From positions 8,103,408 to 8,167,407 of the forward strand of contig CAVNZM010000009.1 in the NCBI GenBank assembly GCA_963693365.1: a stretch of 64,000 nt of DNA. The letters run 5' to 3'. The notes beneath the pieces were generated by a model. That model did no database searches, was not told where the DNA came from, and was given only the letters and a program-made list of their open reading frames with translations. This document shows, piece after piece, positions 48,005 to 61,400 of this stretch. The stretch is from Amoebidium appalachense (lineage: Eukaryota > Protista > Ichthyosporea). Each line of letters begins with the position of its first letter. Position 1 is the first letter of the stretch. The position numbers and the translations under genes were made by a program.

Positions 48005-49503
48005 GTATTGTGCCTATAGGGTGCGGGAAGAGAGAAAACACAGGAGAATAATTGATGCATTGCACCTATATAGGGCAGAACAGAGTGATAAGGGAGAGAG
48101 GGAAATCATAGAAAAATCAATCGGTGCGTTATACCGAAAGGGCTGGCAAGAGAGTTAAAACGCAGAGTGAACACAGAGCCTCGTAATTCGTGTGCCCTAC
48201 CTATAGGGTATGTTGAGCCGAGTAAATGAACAGAGAGAGTGCTCAGTATGCATACACGCCGTACCTCTTGTGCGCATGAAGAAAGTGAACTCACACAGGG
48301 GAAAACACAGAACAATCAGTGCATCGTACCTATAATTCAGCATGCATATATGGCGCACTTCTTGCGTCCATGACAACAGTAAACACACAAGAGAAAATAC
48401 ACAGTACGCACATATCTCACACCTATAGTGCAGTGGCGTGAGGTTGCCGCCGATAAATAAACAGAGAGCATGCTCAGCATGCATACATGTCGTACCTATA
48501 GTGTGCATGAAGAAAGTGAACACACAACGAGAGAAAACACAGAACAAAAGGTGTATCGTACCTATAATGCAGCGTGCACACATGGCACACTTCTAACGTG
48601 CACGAAAAGAGTGAATACGCAAGAGAAGATACACAGTACACACACATCTCATACCTATAATGCAGTGGCGTGAGGTTGCCACTCTGCCTAGCGTCGACAT
48701 TAGCGCCATGTTCTAGAAGCACACAGACCATGTCCCTGTGTGCAGCCACGTGCAGGGGGGTCACGTGCCATGCATCCAGTGACTCCGTGGCCATGGCCGT
48801 GCTGTTGCTGTCCGCACCGGCATCAAGGAGCTGCTTGGCCACCTGGGGGGGGGGGGGGGGGGGGGGGGTATGTTAATTAGTTAGAAAATGCGGGGGGGGG
48901 GGGGGGGGGGGAGGGGGCATAGCGGGGGGTTTGTAGTACAGGCGAGGTTCATAACGTGGGGTTTATGGTGCAGGAGGGGGGCTTGAATGCACTATACAGT
49001 ACGAAGTACACATAAACAACGGACAACAGGGGGGTGAGGGGGGGCGGGAGGAGGATTATACCGTGGGCTTCGTGGTGCAGGCGGGTTAGTAGCTGAAAAT
49101 TTTACGTGAATATAAAGGGCAAGGACAGTGCATTTGGGTGTGTGTGTGGGCTCCGGGAGACCGAGGGGTTGGAGGTCGGATTGCAATTGGGTGGGTGGGT
49201 GGTTGGTGGGGAGAGGGACTGCTGAAGTCAGAGAGAAGGCAAGGTGGAAGAGCTGGGGGGGGGGGGGGGGGGGGGGGGGGGGGAGGGGGACGGTAAGAGA
49301 TTTTTGTCCGTACACCCCACAGTGCATGCATTCCTTCAGTGGATTACTGTAACAAACCAGGTGCATTCTTGCACGTATTGTCCCCCCCCCCCCCCCCCCC
49401 CCCCTCCCCCACGGCCATGGCATCCTTCCCCTTCCCCCTCCCCCCGCCCTCTTCCCCGCCCCTCCCTCCCCCATCTCCCCCCCACCCCCTCCACACACAC
49501 ACA

Positions 49504-49552
<49 letters not shown>

Positions 49553-50223
49553 AATAAGAAAAGAACGAAGAAGAAGAAGGAGCGAAAAAAAAAAAAAAAA
49601 ACATTACCTGTGTGTGCCCGTACTGGCTGGCAATGTGAAGAGGGGTGCCGGCAAGGAATTCGCTCTCGTTCACATCTGCACATACAGCCAATTTTAGAGA
49701 GTCTACTCATAAACGATGCTACATGTAGCAGTGTGCCCCCGTGTAGGCATGACACTGACGAAGGGGGTGTGTGCTTGTCGTTCTGGTCATGTGAAAACAC
49801 GTGACTATCGGTGTATTCATGTGTCATGAAGTGTGTTTGAAAAGACGGGGAAAGAGGTGGGGAAGGGGGGGGGGGGGGGGGGGGGGGGGATCTGCATATA
49901 TGCATAGAGAGAAACTGGAAAAACTTGACTCGCAACGAAACAGGTCTCGGTAGGAAAAGGGGTGCAAGGTCGTGTGGGGTCTGTTGGCCCGTGTTTTTGT
50001 GTATGCAAAAATGCATGCGAGTGACCCCCAGGGTAGCCGTTAAGAGTGTGGTGTGATGTGTGTGTGTGTGTGAACGCGTTGTGTGTGGGGGATGAGGAGG
50101 GGGGGAGGGAGGAGAGAGAAGGTCCGGGGGGAGAGGGGGGATACTGGGTTAACTACTCGGGCACTAGTAGAATAGGAAATTCGAACTGGTTGGGGTGGGT
50201 GGGTGGGGGAAAGGGGATCGAGT

Positions 50224-50255
<32 letters not shown>

Positions 50256-50801
50256 GAAGGGTGGGGAAGGGGGGGAGGAGTGGCACGGGCAGACATATTG
50301 GGGCAGCAGGGGAAGGGAAGGGGGAGAGGGGATGGTGGAAGAGGAGGATGGGGTGGGTGGGTGAGTGGGTGTGTGTGTGGGGGGGGGGGGGGGGGGGGGG
50401 GGCTGGGGGAGGAAAGAGAGAGAGAGAGAGAACTCGCACCTATCCTTCCAGCACACTCCTTAAGTAGTGCCTGGATTACTACGGGACTGCCCACTCGTGC
50501 AGCATCATGCAGGAGGGTGGTGCGGTGGGTGTGGCGCACACGGTGGGCTAGCGGGTCTGCCTCGTGCTGCAATAGAAGACGAACGACCTCGGCATAGTGG
50601 TGGGCCTCTGTGCAAAAAGGGAAGAAAATTGGTGTGTGGGTATGAGAGTGTATTGTAAAGGGGAATAGTGCGGTTATTGCTGTTTCCTCAACGGGGTACA
50701 AGAGTGCTGCAATAGTTTCAAGGGGGTGGTGACGGCATGGACAAGGCGGAGGAGTGTGAGTTGAAGGGGCCGGGTAGGCAGAAGAGGGAGTGGAATAGTT
50801 T

Positions 50802-50835
<34 letters not shown>

Positions 50836-51011
50836 GGGGAAGGGGGGAGGGGGGAGAGATAACAATTAGATGATGCAACTTGAAAGCAAAAACACCACAT
50901 TTTCAATCTGTCCGAATAAAATCAAAAATCCATGGTTTTTGCCTTCATAGTGGCTAGTGGTGTGTGCGAAGTGTGAGTGTGTTATGAGGGCCTCCGGCGG
51001 GGCGAGGGGAA

Positions 51012-51046
<35 letters not shown>

Positions 51047-51183
51047 GAGGGGGAAGGAGTGCACTGGCAGATAGGGTACAGATGTGCATGTGTGGGTGTC
51101 ACCATCCCGAATGTACATGTGTGTGTGTGTGTGTGTGGTGCGTGCACACGTGCATGTTCTAAGGGGACGAGTGGGGGGAGGGG

Positions 51184-51257
<74 letters not shown>

Positions 51258-52344
51258 ATACCCTTGTCAGAAGCCATAACGGGAAGGTTGACATCACCAA
51301 GGGTAACCTCTGGGTTAAGGGCGCACACGGCCACGTGCAGGGGGGTGAGGTAGTCACGTGCTGAGCGTTGATTGGCTGGATAGCCCTCTAGCAGCAACTT
51401 GTGTACGCCCTGGGGAATGGATCATTGTTGATAAATGGTTCAAATGTGGATATTTTCTGAGAAGTGGGCAGCACTAAACTACTAGAAGTTGGCAGCACAT
51501 AACTACTATCGGAATAGCACATGCCTTGGTAATGGTTATGATCTGTATGGTGCCAACAGGAACGAGGATTTAGGCCCTCAACTTAAGCTCGCACAAAGCG
51601 ACAAGCAAATCATCGAGAGAGAGCAGCGAACGTGATCTTCACCAGAAGTCGGCATGCAAAAACGTCTCGTCTGTGAGTCCCGATATGTATTAAATTCTCG
51701 TACTTTTTTATGTTTCTCTTTGGTTTCTCATACCTTAACGTCACCGGATGCCGCTGCTGAGTGGAGAGGTGGGAGTCCGTGTGTGACCACCTCGGGGTTT
51801 TGAGAGGTCGACCGGCGCACAGATGTAGATGAGAAGAAACGAAGGCTCCCACACTGCCACACACACAACAACCTTAGTCGTATAACCAGAAACAAGATGG
51901 GGAAAACCCACCAACCTAACACAATCAGAGCTCACCCAAAAGGATATAATCTCAAATTAAATGCACCAAATGTGAAGTCTGTGGCACATACGTGCGAAGT
52001 TCAAGGTATACGTACCACCTCATATTTGACTATTATTAGTATTATTATTAAACTCCAGCCTACTGTGAGGCTCCCAGTTAGAATAATATAAGGCAGGAAT
52101 TACGGTAGCACAATGAAATACCAATGTTTTCTTTTCATTTTTCTCCCGGGGTCACCTATTTGGGTCCAAAAAAATTGCTTCAAATCTGCCCGAGGGTAGC
52201 ACAAAAACACAGCGAAAATATCACAGGGGGCAAGGTCCTGGACATGGAATAGACACCACATACCACTGTTGCCGCTGCTGCTTTGGTAGCGAGAGAAGCC
52301 ACAAAGGGCCCAACCCTCGTCAGTGCAGGGATTGATGTCGCCAT
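46533..52344 (-). CDS. Ankyrin-repeat protein, ~434 aa, 8 exons, with a mitochondrial-presequence-like N-terminus
   Basis: Phase-consistent exons 52344-52264, 51853-51734, 51409-51262, 50607-50440, 49675-49608, 48842-48655, 47693-47414, 46784-46533. Repeated ankyrin motifs (PPLHSAA, TPLHVAV, TLLHDAA, TPLHIAS, TPLHVAA, TPLHY, TPLWYAV, SPLQVAV; LL..GA.V). Confidence 0.92.
48010..48690 (-). repeat. Nested tandem repeats (~231-bp period) derived from an exon end and splice donor
   Basis: acctata.tgcagtggcgtgaggttgcc at ~48421 and ~48653; acctata cores also at ~48064, 48199, 48328, 48494 and 48560. Confidence 0.85.
51186..51256 (+). repeat. ~71-nt uninterrupted G homopolymer (longest seen in the window)
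   Basis: Direct observation; lies beside the ankyrin exon-3 donor. Confidence 0.85.
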
Positions 52345-53132
52345 TTTTAGTTCTGAATAATGGGCTCGAGACAGCACATATTAGCCTATGATAATGGTTT
52401 TGGGTTAACAGAGAAGCATACTATGCATATGATTGACCCGTATAAAGAGCCTAAATAGTAAAGGCTTCACAACTCCTTGGCCTGAAGCGGACAATCATAC
52501 TACTAAAATAGTGTTAGAGCATGTCACCTGGTACTTCACTAACTTATGGAACAAAAACAAGATTTGGAAGGACTTTCTCACTTCGATGCATGTGAAATCT
52601 GACCATCTTGTTGTCAGCGAACTATTTATATACGCTGCAAGGAATGTGCGCTGCAGCAAATCAAATTGCTCCTAACCTTCGGCAATTTTCTATTGATCTG
52701 TGGGATGTGCAGGGGAATGACTCTTGACCAATAAAATGATGCCTTATATGACGAATAGATTACCTCCCACACCCAACTTTAATGAGGGTCTAATAAAAAT
52801 GTTGTTTTTGAAATGCTTTGGGCAAGCTTGTTCACAAGATACAAAGCTATAATAGGGAATTCACAATAGCCATAAAATAATATATAATAACAATTAAGAG
52901 AATTTGGAACAAAAATAAGAAATAAGTAATGGTTTGTTTCTTCACCTGCAGAAATCAAAGAGGTATGAATTTTCCAAAGAAGCTTGATTTTAACCCATGT
53001 TTGAAGTTTAGGCTGATACGGTATCAGTAGGCAGCCTGCCAGCCTGGCTGGAATTTATATGTAATCCAATCATAACCGTGCGTGGCTGGATTCTACCATT
53101 CCAACAGATCTTCTCAGAAAACCGTGGAACGA

Positions 53133-53148
53133 TTTTTGGCGCGCAAAA
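53133..53148. promoter_or_regulatory. E2F-like quasi-palindrome upstream of the ankyrin gene
   Basis: tttttggcgcgcaaaa in repeat-free sequence, upstream of minus-strand donor-like tcacctg sites (~52524, ~52942). Confidence 0.35.
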
Positions 53149-54002
53149 CATCACAGCCGCTGCCTTACACGTGTTTCACCTCCTGTGACCGGCTCTTTCA
53201 TGCATATGGCGACATGCGTGCTAGAGGTTCACTAGGAAGGTAACAAGCATACACGAAGCGCCATGTATATACATAGGCGGTTTTGAGATGATGTGCACAC
53301 ACGCCTCCAAAATGAGCACCCCACTGTGTAACATCTGTTGTCCATTGCGGATGGCTACATGTGCCTTTGCATTGCCTCGTGGGTTGCATACGATTCGCCT
53401 ACTATATGTTGGGCTGCAAGGGCGAAACATATATGAAAGGCATTTTCTTCTATCTATGACCCTTGACCGGGTGAATACAAAATAATTAGTGTCCCATCCA
53501 TCCATGCTGCATGAGAAAGTTACTTGGTTGAGCCAACCCGCTCTGATGAGGATTCTGATTTTACTGTTCTCTAGACTCTCGAGCGAGAAGTATTGGGTTC
53601 ACTATTTGGCTCTCACGGGTGGCTAATTCTTGTGTTGCCAAGTGGCCTGTGTTGCATTAATTGGCGATGTGCAGTGGCATCCTGGCGATGTGCAGGGCAT
53701 CCTAATGCAATTGGACCCCCCCCCCCCCCCCCCCCCCCCCCCCAAGGTGTCTCCCTCACTGTCCCTTGAGCACAGTATACTTACGGCATGCAGAAGTTAC
53801 ACCGCGTACGAGCAAAAATGCTTTTGTGCCATTAGTATTTATGATGTTCCTGCACCTTGTCAGGTGCAAAAATATAATTAAAAAAATGGGCGCAAGTGGC
53901 CCTGGAACAGGTGGCATGCATGCACGAATATTTATGCAGGCTCCCCCCCCTTTCCCCTCATCCCTCTGCCTCTCTGCCTCTCTATCTCTCTCTCTCTCTC
54001 TC

Positions 54003-54043
<41 letters not shown>

Positions 54044-55115
54044 TCCTCCTCCCCGTTCACCCGTCCAATAAGGCCCAACTCGGCTGCTATTAGCACAATT
54101 GCAACACATTTCGCGCAACGGATCCCCCCGGCCCTCGATTACGTTGTGTTCCAGGCTGCCCGCATGCACATCCCCATATATTGCTTCATATTCATGGTTA
54201 CACCAGGTAATGTCCCTGGGAACGAGCCTCGCACTTTTTATTGCTATGTGCCGCCTTCTGGTACCCCAGCCTCCTGGCACCTCAGCCGTAGACGTGCCTA
54301 CTATGTTCAAATGTGGGACATCTCCTTCGCCTACTCCCTCCCGGCACCCCACTCCCCTCCCTCCTCCCCCTCCCCCTCCCCCTCCCCCTCCCCCCCGCCC
54401 CTCTCCCCCTCCTGCAACTTCATCAGTCGTCCCTCCCTCCCCCCCTTATCCACCCGCTCCCCCCTCCCCCCCCCCCCCTCCCTCCCCTCTCCCCCCCCCC
54501 CTCAACCACCACCACCATCACAACCACCACCACCCCCCTCCCCCCTTTCCCCCACCCCACCCACCCACCCACCTGTTCGTTTGGCTCCTTATGTGTACCA
54601 CATTAGCACTCTCACTCACCGCCGCAAATTTCCTTGAGGCCATTGCAAATTTCTCTTTCCCAACCATTGTGCGTTGCCATCTTTAAAAATGTTGTGTCAG
54701 CTCTATTTATCAAGAGTCCTTAGTAATACTCGAGCCACCCCGCAGAGATGATGCGGCAGTTGCTGAGCCCACGGATCACGTGCCTCTTCCGCCCTTTGAA
54801 CTTCCTTTACATGTCTGAAAGCACTGGTAGTAACAGAGCACTGGGTGTTCTAGAAGTTGCCCAATTGAAAGGTCGTGGCCCTCGTAAAAGCATCAATTGG
54901 CTCGAATCCCGTGTTTTAGAACTTTTATCACGATTGATATAGTTCATCAACCAAAATGTGCGTGTGTTTTGGTCAATGGTTAGCCGGCGGATCACCGAAT
55001 AGAATAAGTGCCTACTCCGTCAGTGACGGAGAATGTGACAGTGACAGAATGTGTCTCAAAGGTCCTGGGAGTGCGTTCAGCCAGCGAAACTCGCTCGTGC
55101 ATGTACAGTGCCGCA

Positions 55116-55150
<35 letters not shown>

Positions 55151-55449
55151 TCTTTTGGGGGGAGGGGGAGGGGGAGGGGGGGGGCGGGGGAGGGGGAGGG
55201 GGTGGCGGCACGGAGCAAGAGAGAAAGCCCTGGGGGGAGGGAGGGGGGGGGGGGGGGGGGGGGGTTCAAAAGCCTCCGGGGAGAGACAGGGAGGGAGGGA
55301 GGATCGATGGGACGGAGGGAGTCAGTTAATATAAATGGCAAGTCTTAGAATAAGAGGGAGAAGGGGGGGAGAAAGGGGGGGGGGGGGGGGGGAGGGGGGA
55401 AGGTTTAAGGGTGTTGCGGGGGAAGATGCTGCACATGGCAAGGAAAAGG

Positions 55450-55520
<71 letters not shown>

Positions 55521-55939
55521 GAGAGGGAGAGAGGGAGAGAGGGAGGGAGAGAGGGAGGGAGAGCGAGAGAGGGAAAGAGAGAGAGGAAGAGGGAGAGAGA
55601 TCTAGAGAGAGTGTGTGTGTGTGTGTTTTGGGGGGTGTACAGGGGGGAAGGAGGAAGGCGAGAATGCAGAGACATAATAATCGGGCCGAATTCGGGTCAG
55701 TAATGAATGTTTCGTTTGAATTTTTGCTTTGTGTGGGGCCCGGCGGCGTTGTGTGTGTGTGTGGGTGGGTGAGTGTGTGTGTGGGTTGGGGGGGGGGGGG
55801 GGGGGGGGGAAAGGGTTGAAGAGAGGGAAAGGGAGGCGACTGGAAGAAAACAGTGGAAACATTGATGGGAAACAGTACGAGGTGATGTATGCAGGCGTGA
55901 AAAGGGGGAGAAGGGGCAGATGGGGACCGGGGGAGAGAA

Positions 55940-55986
<47 letters not shown>

Positions 55987-56094
55987 GGAAGGGAAAGAGA
56001 GAGTGCGGCAGGGCAGCGCCTTGAATTGAACCGTGAAAAACATGAACTTCATGAAGTGAGCTTTTTTAGGCTCAAGGCCACTGTCCCTGGGCCC

Positions 56095-56133
<39 letters not shown>

Positions 56134-57642
56134 CACTAATTCTGCTCGTAGTGGAGATCCGGGTTTATGACGGCACTGAGTGTTTGCTGAAAAGTCTGTT
56201 TCAGGCAGCGCCCCGGTTTGGCTAGTGTGTGGGTATGTCTAAATTCACACGTGCAGGTTTTTTTTGGCATGAATGTGACTCGCGTTGCTTTATTTGCATA
56301 CGTGGGCTTTGTTTTGTGGGCAGATGTGTAGGCCGTTTTATTACGTTTTTTTTTCCACCTTTGATAGGAGGCTACTATAGTTGGGCCAACTACATACAGT
56401 AACGGATGTTGAGGGTTGGGTAAGCCGACGTCGACCGACGACTCGTGGTCATCTCGTCTTTTTTAATAAACCTAGGCCTGTGTTATACGAAGGGCAACTA
56501 AAAGGTGGAATAAAGAAAGCAAAAGTATTGAACAACGAATCGCTTACTCCCTCCCCGTTTTGGTATCATCATGGCCGGACACCGAACATCAAACAAAAGA
56601 AAATCCATGAGGCCCGGGAAGGCCCAGGTAGCTCGGCCCGTTGCCCAGGTTGACCACAAGTATTTTCTATGTATTGAATATCCATACACGTCGTTTAAAA
56701 GTTTGTTATCATTAAAGTTATCAAAAGGGTTACAGTATTGTCTTTCAGTTTCAATAAATGTGCGCATTTCATGATTGGTGGCTTCTCAACATCCTGTGGC
56801 TTCTCAACATCCATCCCTGCTAACGTCCCTGCCGTAGTATAAAACTATTGTCTGTACAATCAACTGTACTGTACTGGCCGCCCACTGGTCGCCAGTTCAA
56901 AATTCCCGCCCTTGTCACAGAACAACTGTTTCCTGGGTGTGATTTCTGTCCAACCACCTGTAAGGCGTTTCTATCTGCTATGAAATCACATATAACGGGA
57001 ATGAAGGAAAACAGTCCTTTACAAGCAAAAAAGACGCTAATAACTGAACATATATCTTTTGTATTGAAGCGAGTTATTACAGAGTATGACAAGGTTGGGT
57101 TTTTTGTCACGACTCACGACCGCCATGTTGGTGCAGTGGAGTGGCACAAACGGGGGTAAATGCCAAAACCTCGCTACTGTCTACTTGTAGCTAGGAGGCT
57201 CTTTATTATCCAAGTGTCACTGAGTTTCTCTTAGATGTCCCCATAGTTCAAAAAAATTAAATAAAAAAAATTAATGTAGCATTTTTTCATGCTTTATTTT
57301 CTCCATAGCATGGACTTTGGAGCCATGCCATACTACAAGTACGATAAGCAAGTGACTTTGTTAACCCGACAGTTTCGAAACAGGCGCTCCCTCTTTTAAG
57401 AAGGGGAAAGATTCCAGAGACACTATCAAGAAACAGCACACGTTTCGCTGCCTGACTCTGAGTCGCGCTCACGAGGTCCGCATTCTTTCTTTCTTCTTTC
57501 GCCTTTCCTGTGTGTCTGTGCGTATTGTTCTGTACCCTTCCTTCTACGGATACATATCTTGTTAATAATCACTGACCATAGAAGACACTCACACATATTA
57601 CAAATATAGCATAGAGGCAGAAAAAACGAACATACAGACAAC

Positions 57643-58089
57643 ATGCCTGCCCCAAAGGAATTCGAAGCAGCTGCTTCTTTCATCTGTCAGCTCGTCGGTC
57701 ACAAAAACACGCTCACACCAGCACAACTTCAGCAGTATGAGCGCGCACTTCTTCATGTTATGGAGCAGAATTACATGAAGAGCTGGTACCCAGACCAACC
57801 TCTTCGTGGTTCTGGAAACCGCTGCATCCGTGTTCATCTAAACAAGATTGATCCCGTTCTTCTTCAAGCCGCCCAGCTGAGCAACCTGGAGAACGTGGTC
57901 ACAAAGCTCTTCCCTGCCGAGTTGGTTTTGTGGGTAGATCCCCGTTCTGTATGTTACAAGCCAAGCGAATTCAGCCCCATTGTGACCATCTATGACGGGG
58001 AGACACGCACACAGCACAAGCAGACGGGTGGGCAGCAGACACCACAACGTGGGGGGTCAGACCCGTTCATGGTGAGCGTGAGCGCTTGA
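57643..58089 (+). CDS. BTG: BTG/Tob family antiproliferative protein (CAF1 deadenylase cofactor), 148 aa, intronless CDS
   Basis: EFEAAASFI N-terminal helix, Box A-like SWYPDQPLRGSGNRCIRV, DPVLLQAA, Box B-like FPAELVLWVDPRSVCYK. Confidence 0.93.
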   Translation: MPAPKEFEAAASFICQLVGHKNTLTPAQLQQYERALLHVMEQNYMKSWYPDQPLRGSGNRCIRVHLNKIDPVLLQAAQLSNLENVVTKLFPAELVLWVDPRSVCYKPSEFSPIVTIYDGETRTQHKQTGGQQTPQRGGSDPFMVSVSA

Positions 58090-59471
58090 GAGAAACCAAA
58101 GAGAATGAAGAAAAAAAAAGGAATGGATGAGGATTTTTATTTTGAAAAATGAACGCGGTTGTGTGTCAGGTTGACAGTTTGTAGAACTACGGCTGTGAAG
58201 TGTCTCCATTTCACGAGAGTAGTACTTTCAGAGCATCCTAATGCCCTTTGTTATTTTGCCCGCTGTTCCTTAAAAAAAAACCGTTGAATGATAGTTATTC
58301 CCCATGTGTAAGCTGTTTTTGACCTAAACCTTTGTAGAGAGCTTTTAGAAATCTTTTCGTGTTGTTGCTTTCTCGACGCTCTCATAACGACGGAGTTGGA
58401 ATACTCGCTGCCCGACTTTTTGTGGTGTTGTATGGATTTTATGCCTTCCCTACGTCATCGGAAGCACATCTTATGTATATCTACACTCCATATAGCAAGC
58501 TCAAAGATAGCGGGCCTGGTGTTGTGACAGACTTCGGTCAGTTTGCTGCTGAAAATAAATTGTGGCGGCTGTAGTTGACATCATAACAGAGTTCAATCCT
58601 GTCTCTGTGCCGTCTTCTTTTACCTAACCCCGGCTGACTTTTGTCTTCCAGCCCTCAAGTTGCCCTCATTGCACTCCCTGAGTTGCACTTAAGATTACCG
58701 ATACAGTACATATAAACACCTAGGACATTTGTGCTCGCACACGGACACACACCCGCACCAACAGCATCCGCACATATGCATATTCCATATGGTTGCCATT
58801 CGAAGTATTCTGCATGGCTTATATTGCTTTGCTTGCTTCTGTACGCCGTGTTTGCTGAGCCAGTGATAGTGGGGTGTATACTCACGTTGGCTTCGTACCT
58901 ACTGCTCCCCCCTCCCCCCCTCTCTCCTCCCCCCCCCCCCGGACACACACACACGCGCGCACAGACTTAAGGCAACCAATCTTCACGTCTTCCACGAACA
59001 TGTATACACGCACATACAATTCTTCGTTTCTTCAAATTACACACACACACACACACTACACACACAAGCTTTGCTTCTTCTATCATCCGTGGATACATAC
59101 ACACGTTGACGTCACACCCCCCCCCCCCCCACACACACACACAAACACCCCACACCCACCCACCAACACACACACACAAACACAAACACATGTACACACA
59201 CAAGCACTCCTGCCACATGCACTAGAACTAAAACCTACTTCTTCCCGCCAAACACTGCTGGCTTCTCTCCAAATAAAATTTTTAATGCAAAGTTTAACAA
59301 CTTCTAGGCCTTCTTTTAACTCCAGCATTGCCCGTTGCTCCTCCTTTTTTTCACTTGGCAAATCCTCTTCAAACCCCCCCCCCCCCCCCCCTGCATCCCC
59401 CTTGTCGCCGCGATCTCCTGCTTCGGTTTCAATGGCTTCCCTTGTGTCTGTGGTCTATTGTAATCTTCACT

Positions 59472-59516
<45 letters not shown>

Positions 59517-59621
59517 ATACACACGTGCCGCAGTGCACGCAGGTATAAGCACACACGTTCACACACAACCACACAGACACACACACACTCACGAAGGCAG
59601 ACACACGCAGGCATACCCCCC

Positions 59622-59652
<31 letters not shown>

Positions 59653-60244
59653 ACACGTGTACAAACACGCTGCATGTCTTCTCGGAGGGCAGCAATAAAA
59701 TCATGCAGCCAGTGTAATACAAAGTGAATAGGAAGCCGGTTCTTTGAATGGTAGCTAGACCAGTACTCTGCTTGTGAACCTTCCATTGTTGATTCAGCAT
59801 CAGGTGCAGAATTTCAAAGCTCAGCACTAATATTAGAAGAAAAACTGGAGTACAGGCACCAAGAAAATTCCGGGGGACAGGGACTAACGGGGGTAGGTTC
59901 CTAGCGATGAGATGGGGGAAAGTCCTACGGTAATGGTGGTGGTGGTGTTGGTGGTGGTCGGAGGGGGAGGGACGTGGGGGGGGTGGAAGGAGGAGGGGGG
60001 GGGGTGTTGTTGTGTAAAAAGAATTGGCAAATCTTGCCGAGTCATATTATATTTCGATGACTTCAACGCATGGAATTTGGAATAGCCTAGACTAGCTATA
60101 GTATTCCGTGTCTGCAGCTGACACATCAATGTGACTTTTGAATTTGAAGGTGACCGGCCGTTATTTAGTCTCTTTAGAGTACAGTTAGCCCTAAATTTGT
60201 GCAAGTTTTTTAGGCGGCAAGGTGTAGCTACTATAGCCGTTTCA

Positions 60245-60284
<40 letters not shown>

Positions 60285-60424
60285 TGTGCCCCCCCCCTCC
60301 CGCCAGGGGTAACTTCTCCACCGGTGCCTCACCTGTGTACGTATACAGCACATACTTGCACCGACCAACGACCTCAGTGACATATGTTTGCACCATGTAC
60401 GTGGTTGTTGTTGTTCGAAGTTTT

Positions 60425-60457
<33 letters not shown>

Positions 60458-60484
60458 TGGTGGTGGTGGTGGTGGTGGTGGTAT

Positions 60485-60524
<40 letters not shown>

Positions 60525-60627
60525 GTCCCGCAGCTGAAGGGAGGCTTTGGTGGTTCACCGGGTGGACCATAGGGTTGTCCCAATTAGAACCTGTGAATAG
60601 CCACTTATGGACGTGGCTGCCTTCCCA

Positions 60628-60677
<50 letters not shown>

Positions 60678-60953
60678 CCCTTTCGAAGCCCCGATCTAAA
60701 TAAGATTCATTACTGGAAAAAGCATTCAAACAGCCAAGCAAATCACGAGTGCCGATTTTGATGTATGGTTTCAATCTGTGGTTGGAAATACGTCACAGCT
60801 GTGCGCATGCGGGAGTGTTACTCTAACTGTCTTGAATGGACGTCGAAGCCCCGAGCACGCATGCGCACGTGTGACTGTCAAGATTTTAGGAAGGTGTGTG
60901 GGAGGTTAAGGTGAGTTGAGATGCAATGATCAATGATACAAAACAATGGACGG

Positions 60954-61001
<48 letters not shown>

Positions 61002-61315
61002 CGGGGGGAAAGGAAAGAGGGGGGGGGGGGGAGGAGGGACCCGGGGGGAGGGGGGGAGGGGGGAGGGCGGGGAAGGGATAGGGGGGGGGGGGGAGGGGGA
61101 GGGGGAGAGGGAAGGCCCTAAGGAGAGAGACAGAGGAGACAGAGAGAGGCTTAATTTCAGGACACACCGTTATCCAAACACAACACTCAGAGCAAAAGAA
61201 AGACGTGGGTCTTGCGCGCGTACGTGGACACCACTCTGTACAGTTCGTCTCCCCATTATACTTAGCTTAACTAATAGACCATCCCTACCAGCACTCATAT
61301 ACTCCCCCCCCCCCC

Positions 61316-61346
<31 letters not shown>

Positions 61347-61368
61347 ACACACATACACACTCCCCCCA

Positions 61369-61400
<32 letters not shown>

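Noticed and set aside
49690-49760. Ankyrin-like peptide HGGTLLHVASFMS upstream of ankyrin exon 5
   Set aside because: It is out of frame with the exon, and the model splices cleanly at 49675 without it; most likely intronic coincidence.
56848-57159. 103-aa repeat-free ORF upstream of BTG
   Set aside because: Non-ATG start, no recognisable motif and no convincing splice context.
58615-58740. U1 snRNA gene
   Set aside because: Has tttacct, attgcactcc and atttgtg but lacks the ATACTTACCTG 5' end, the stem-loop I loop and a terminal stem-loop.
59200-59830. Protein-like minus-strand fragments (EEQRAMLELKEGLEVVK; MEGSQAEYWSSYHSK)
   Set aside because: Splice sites are weak and no consistent exon chain was found.
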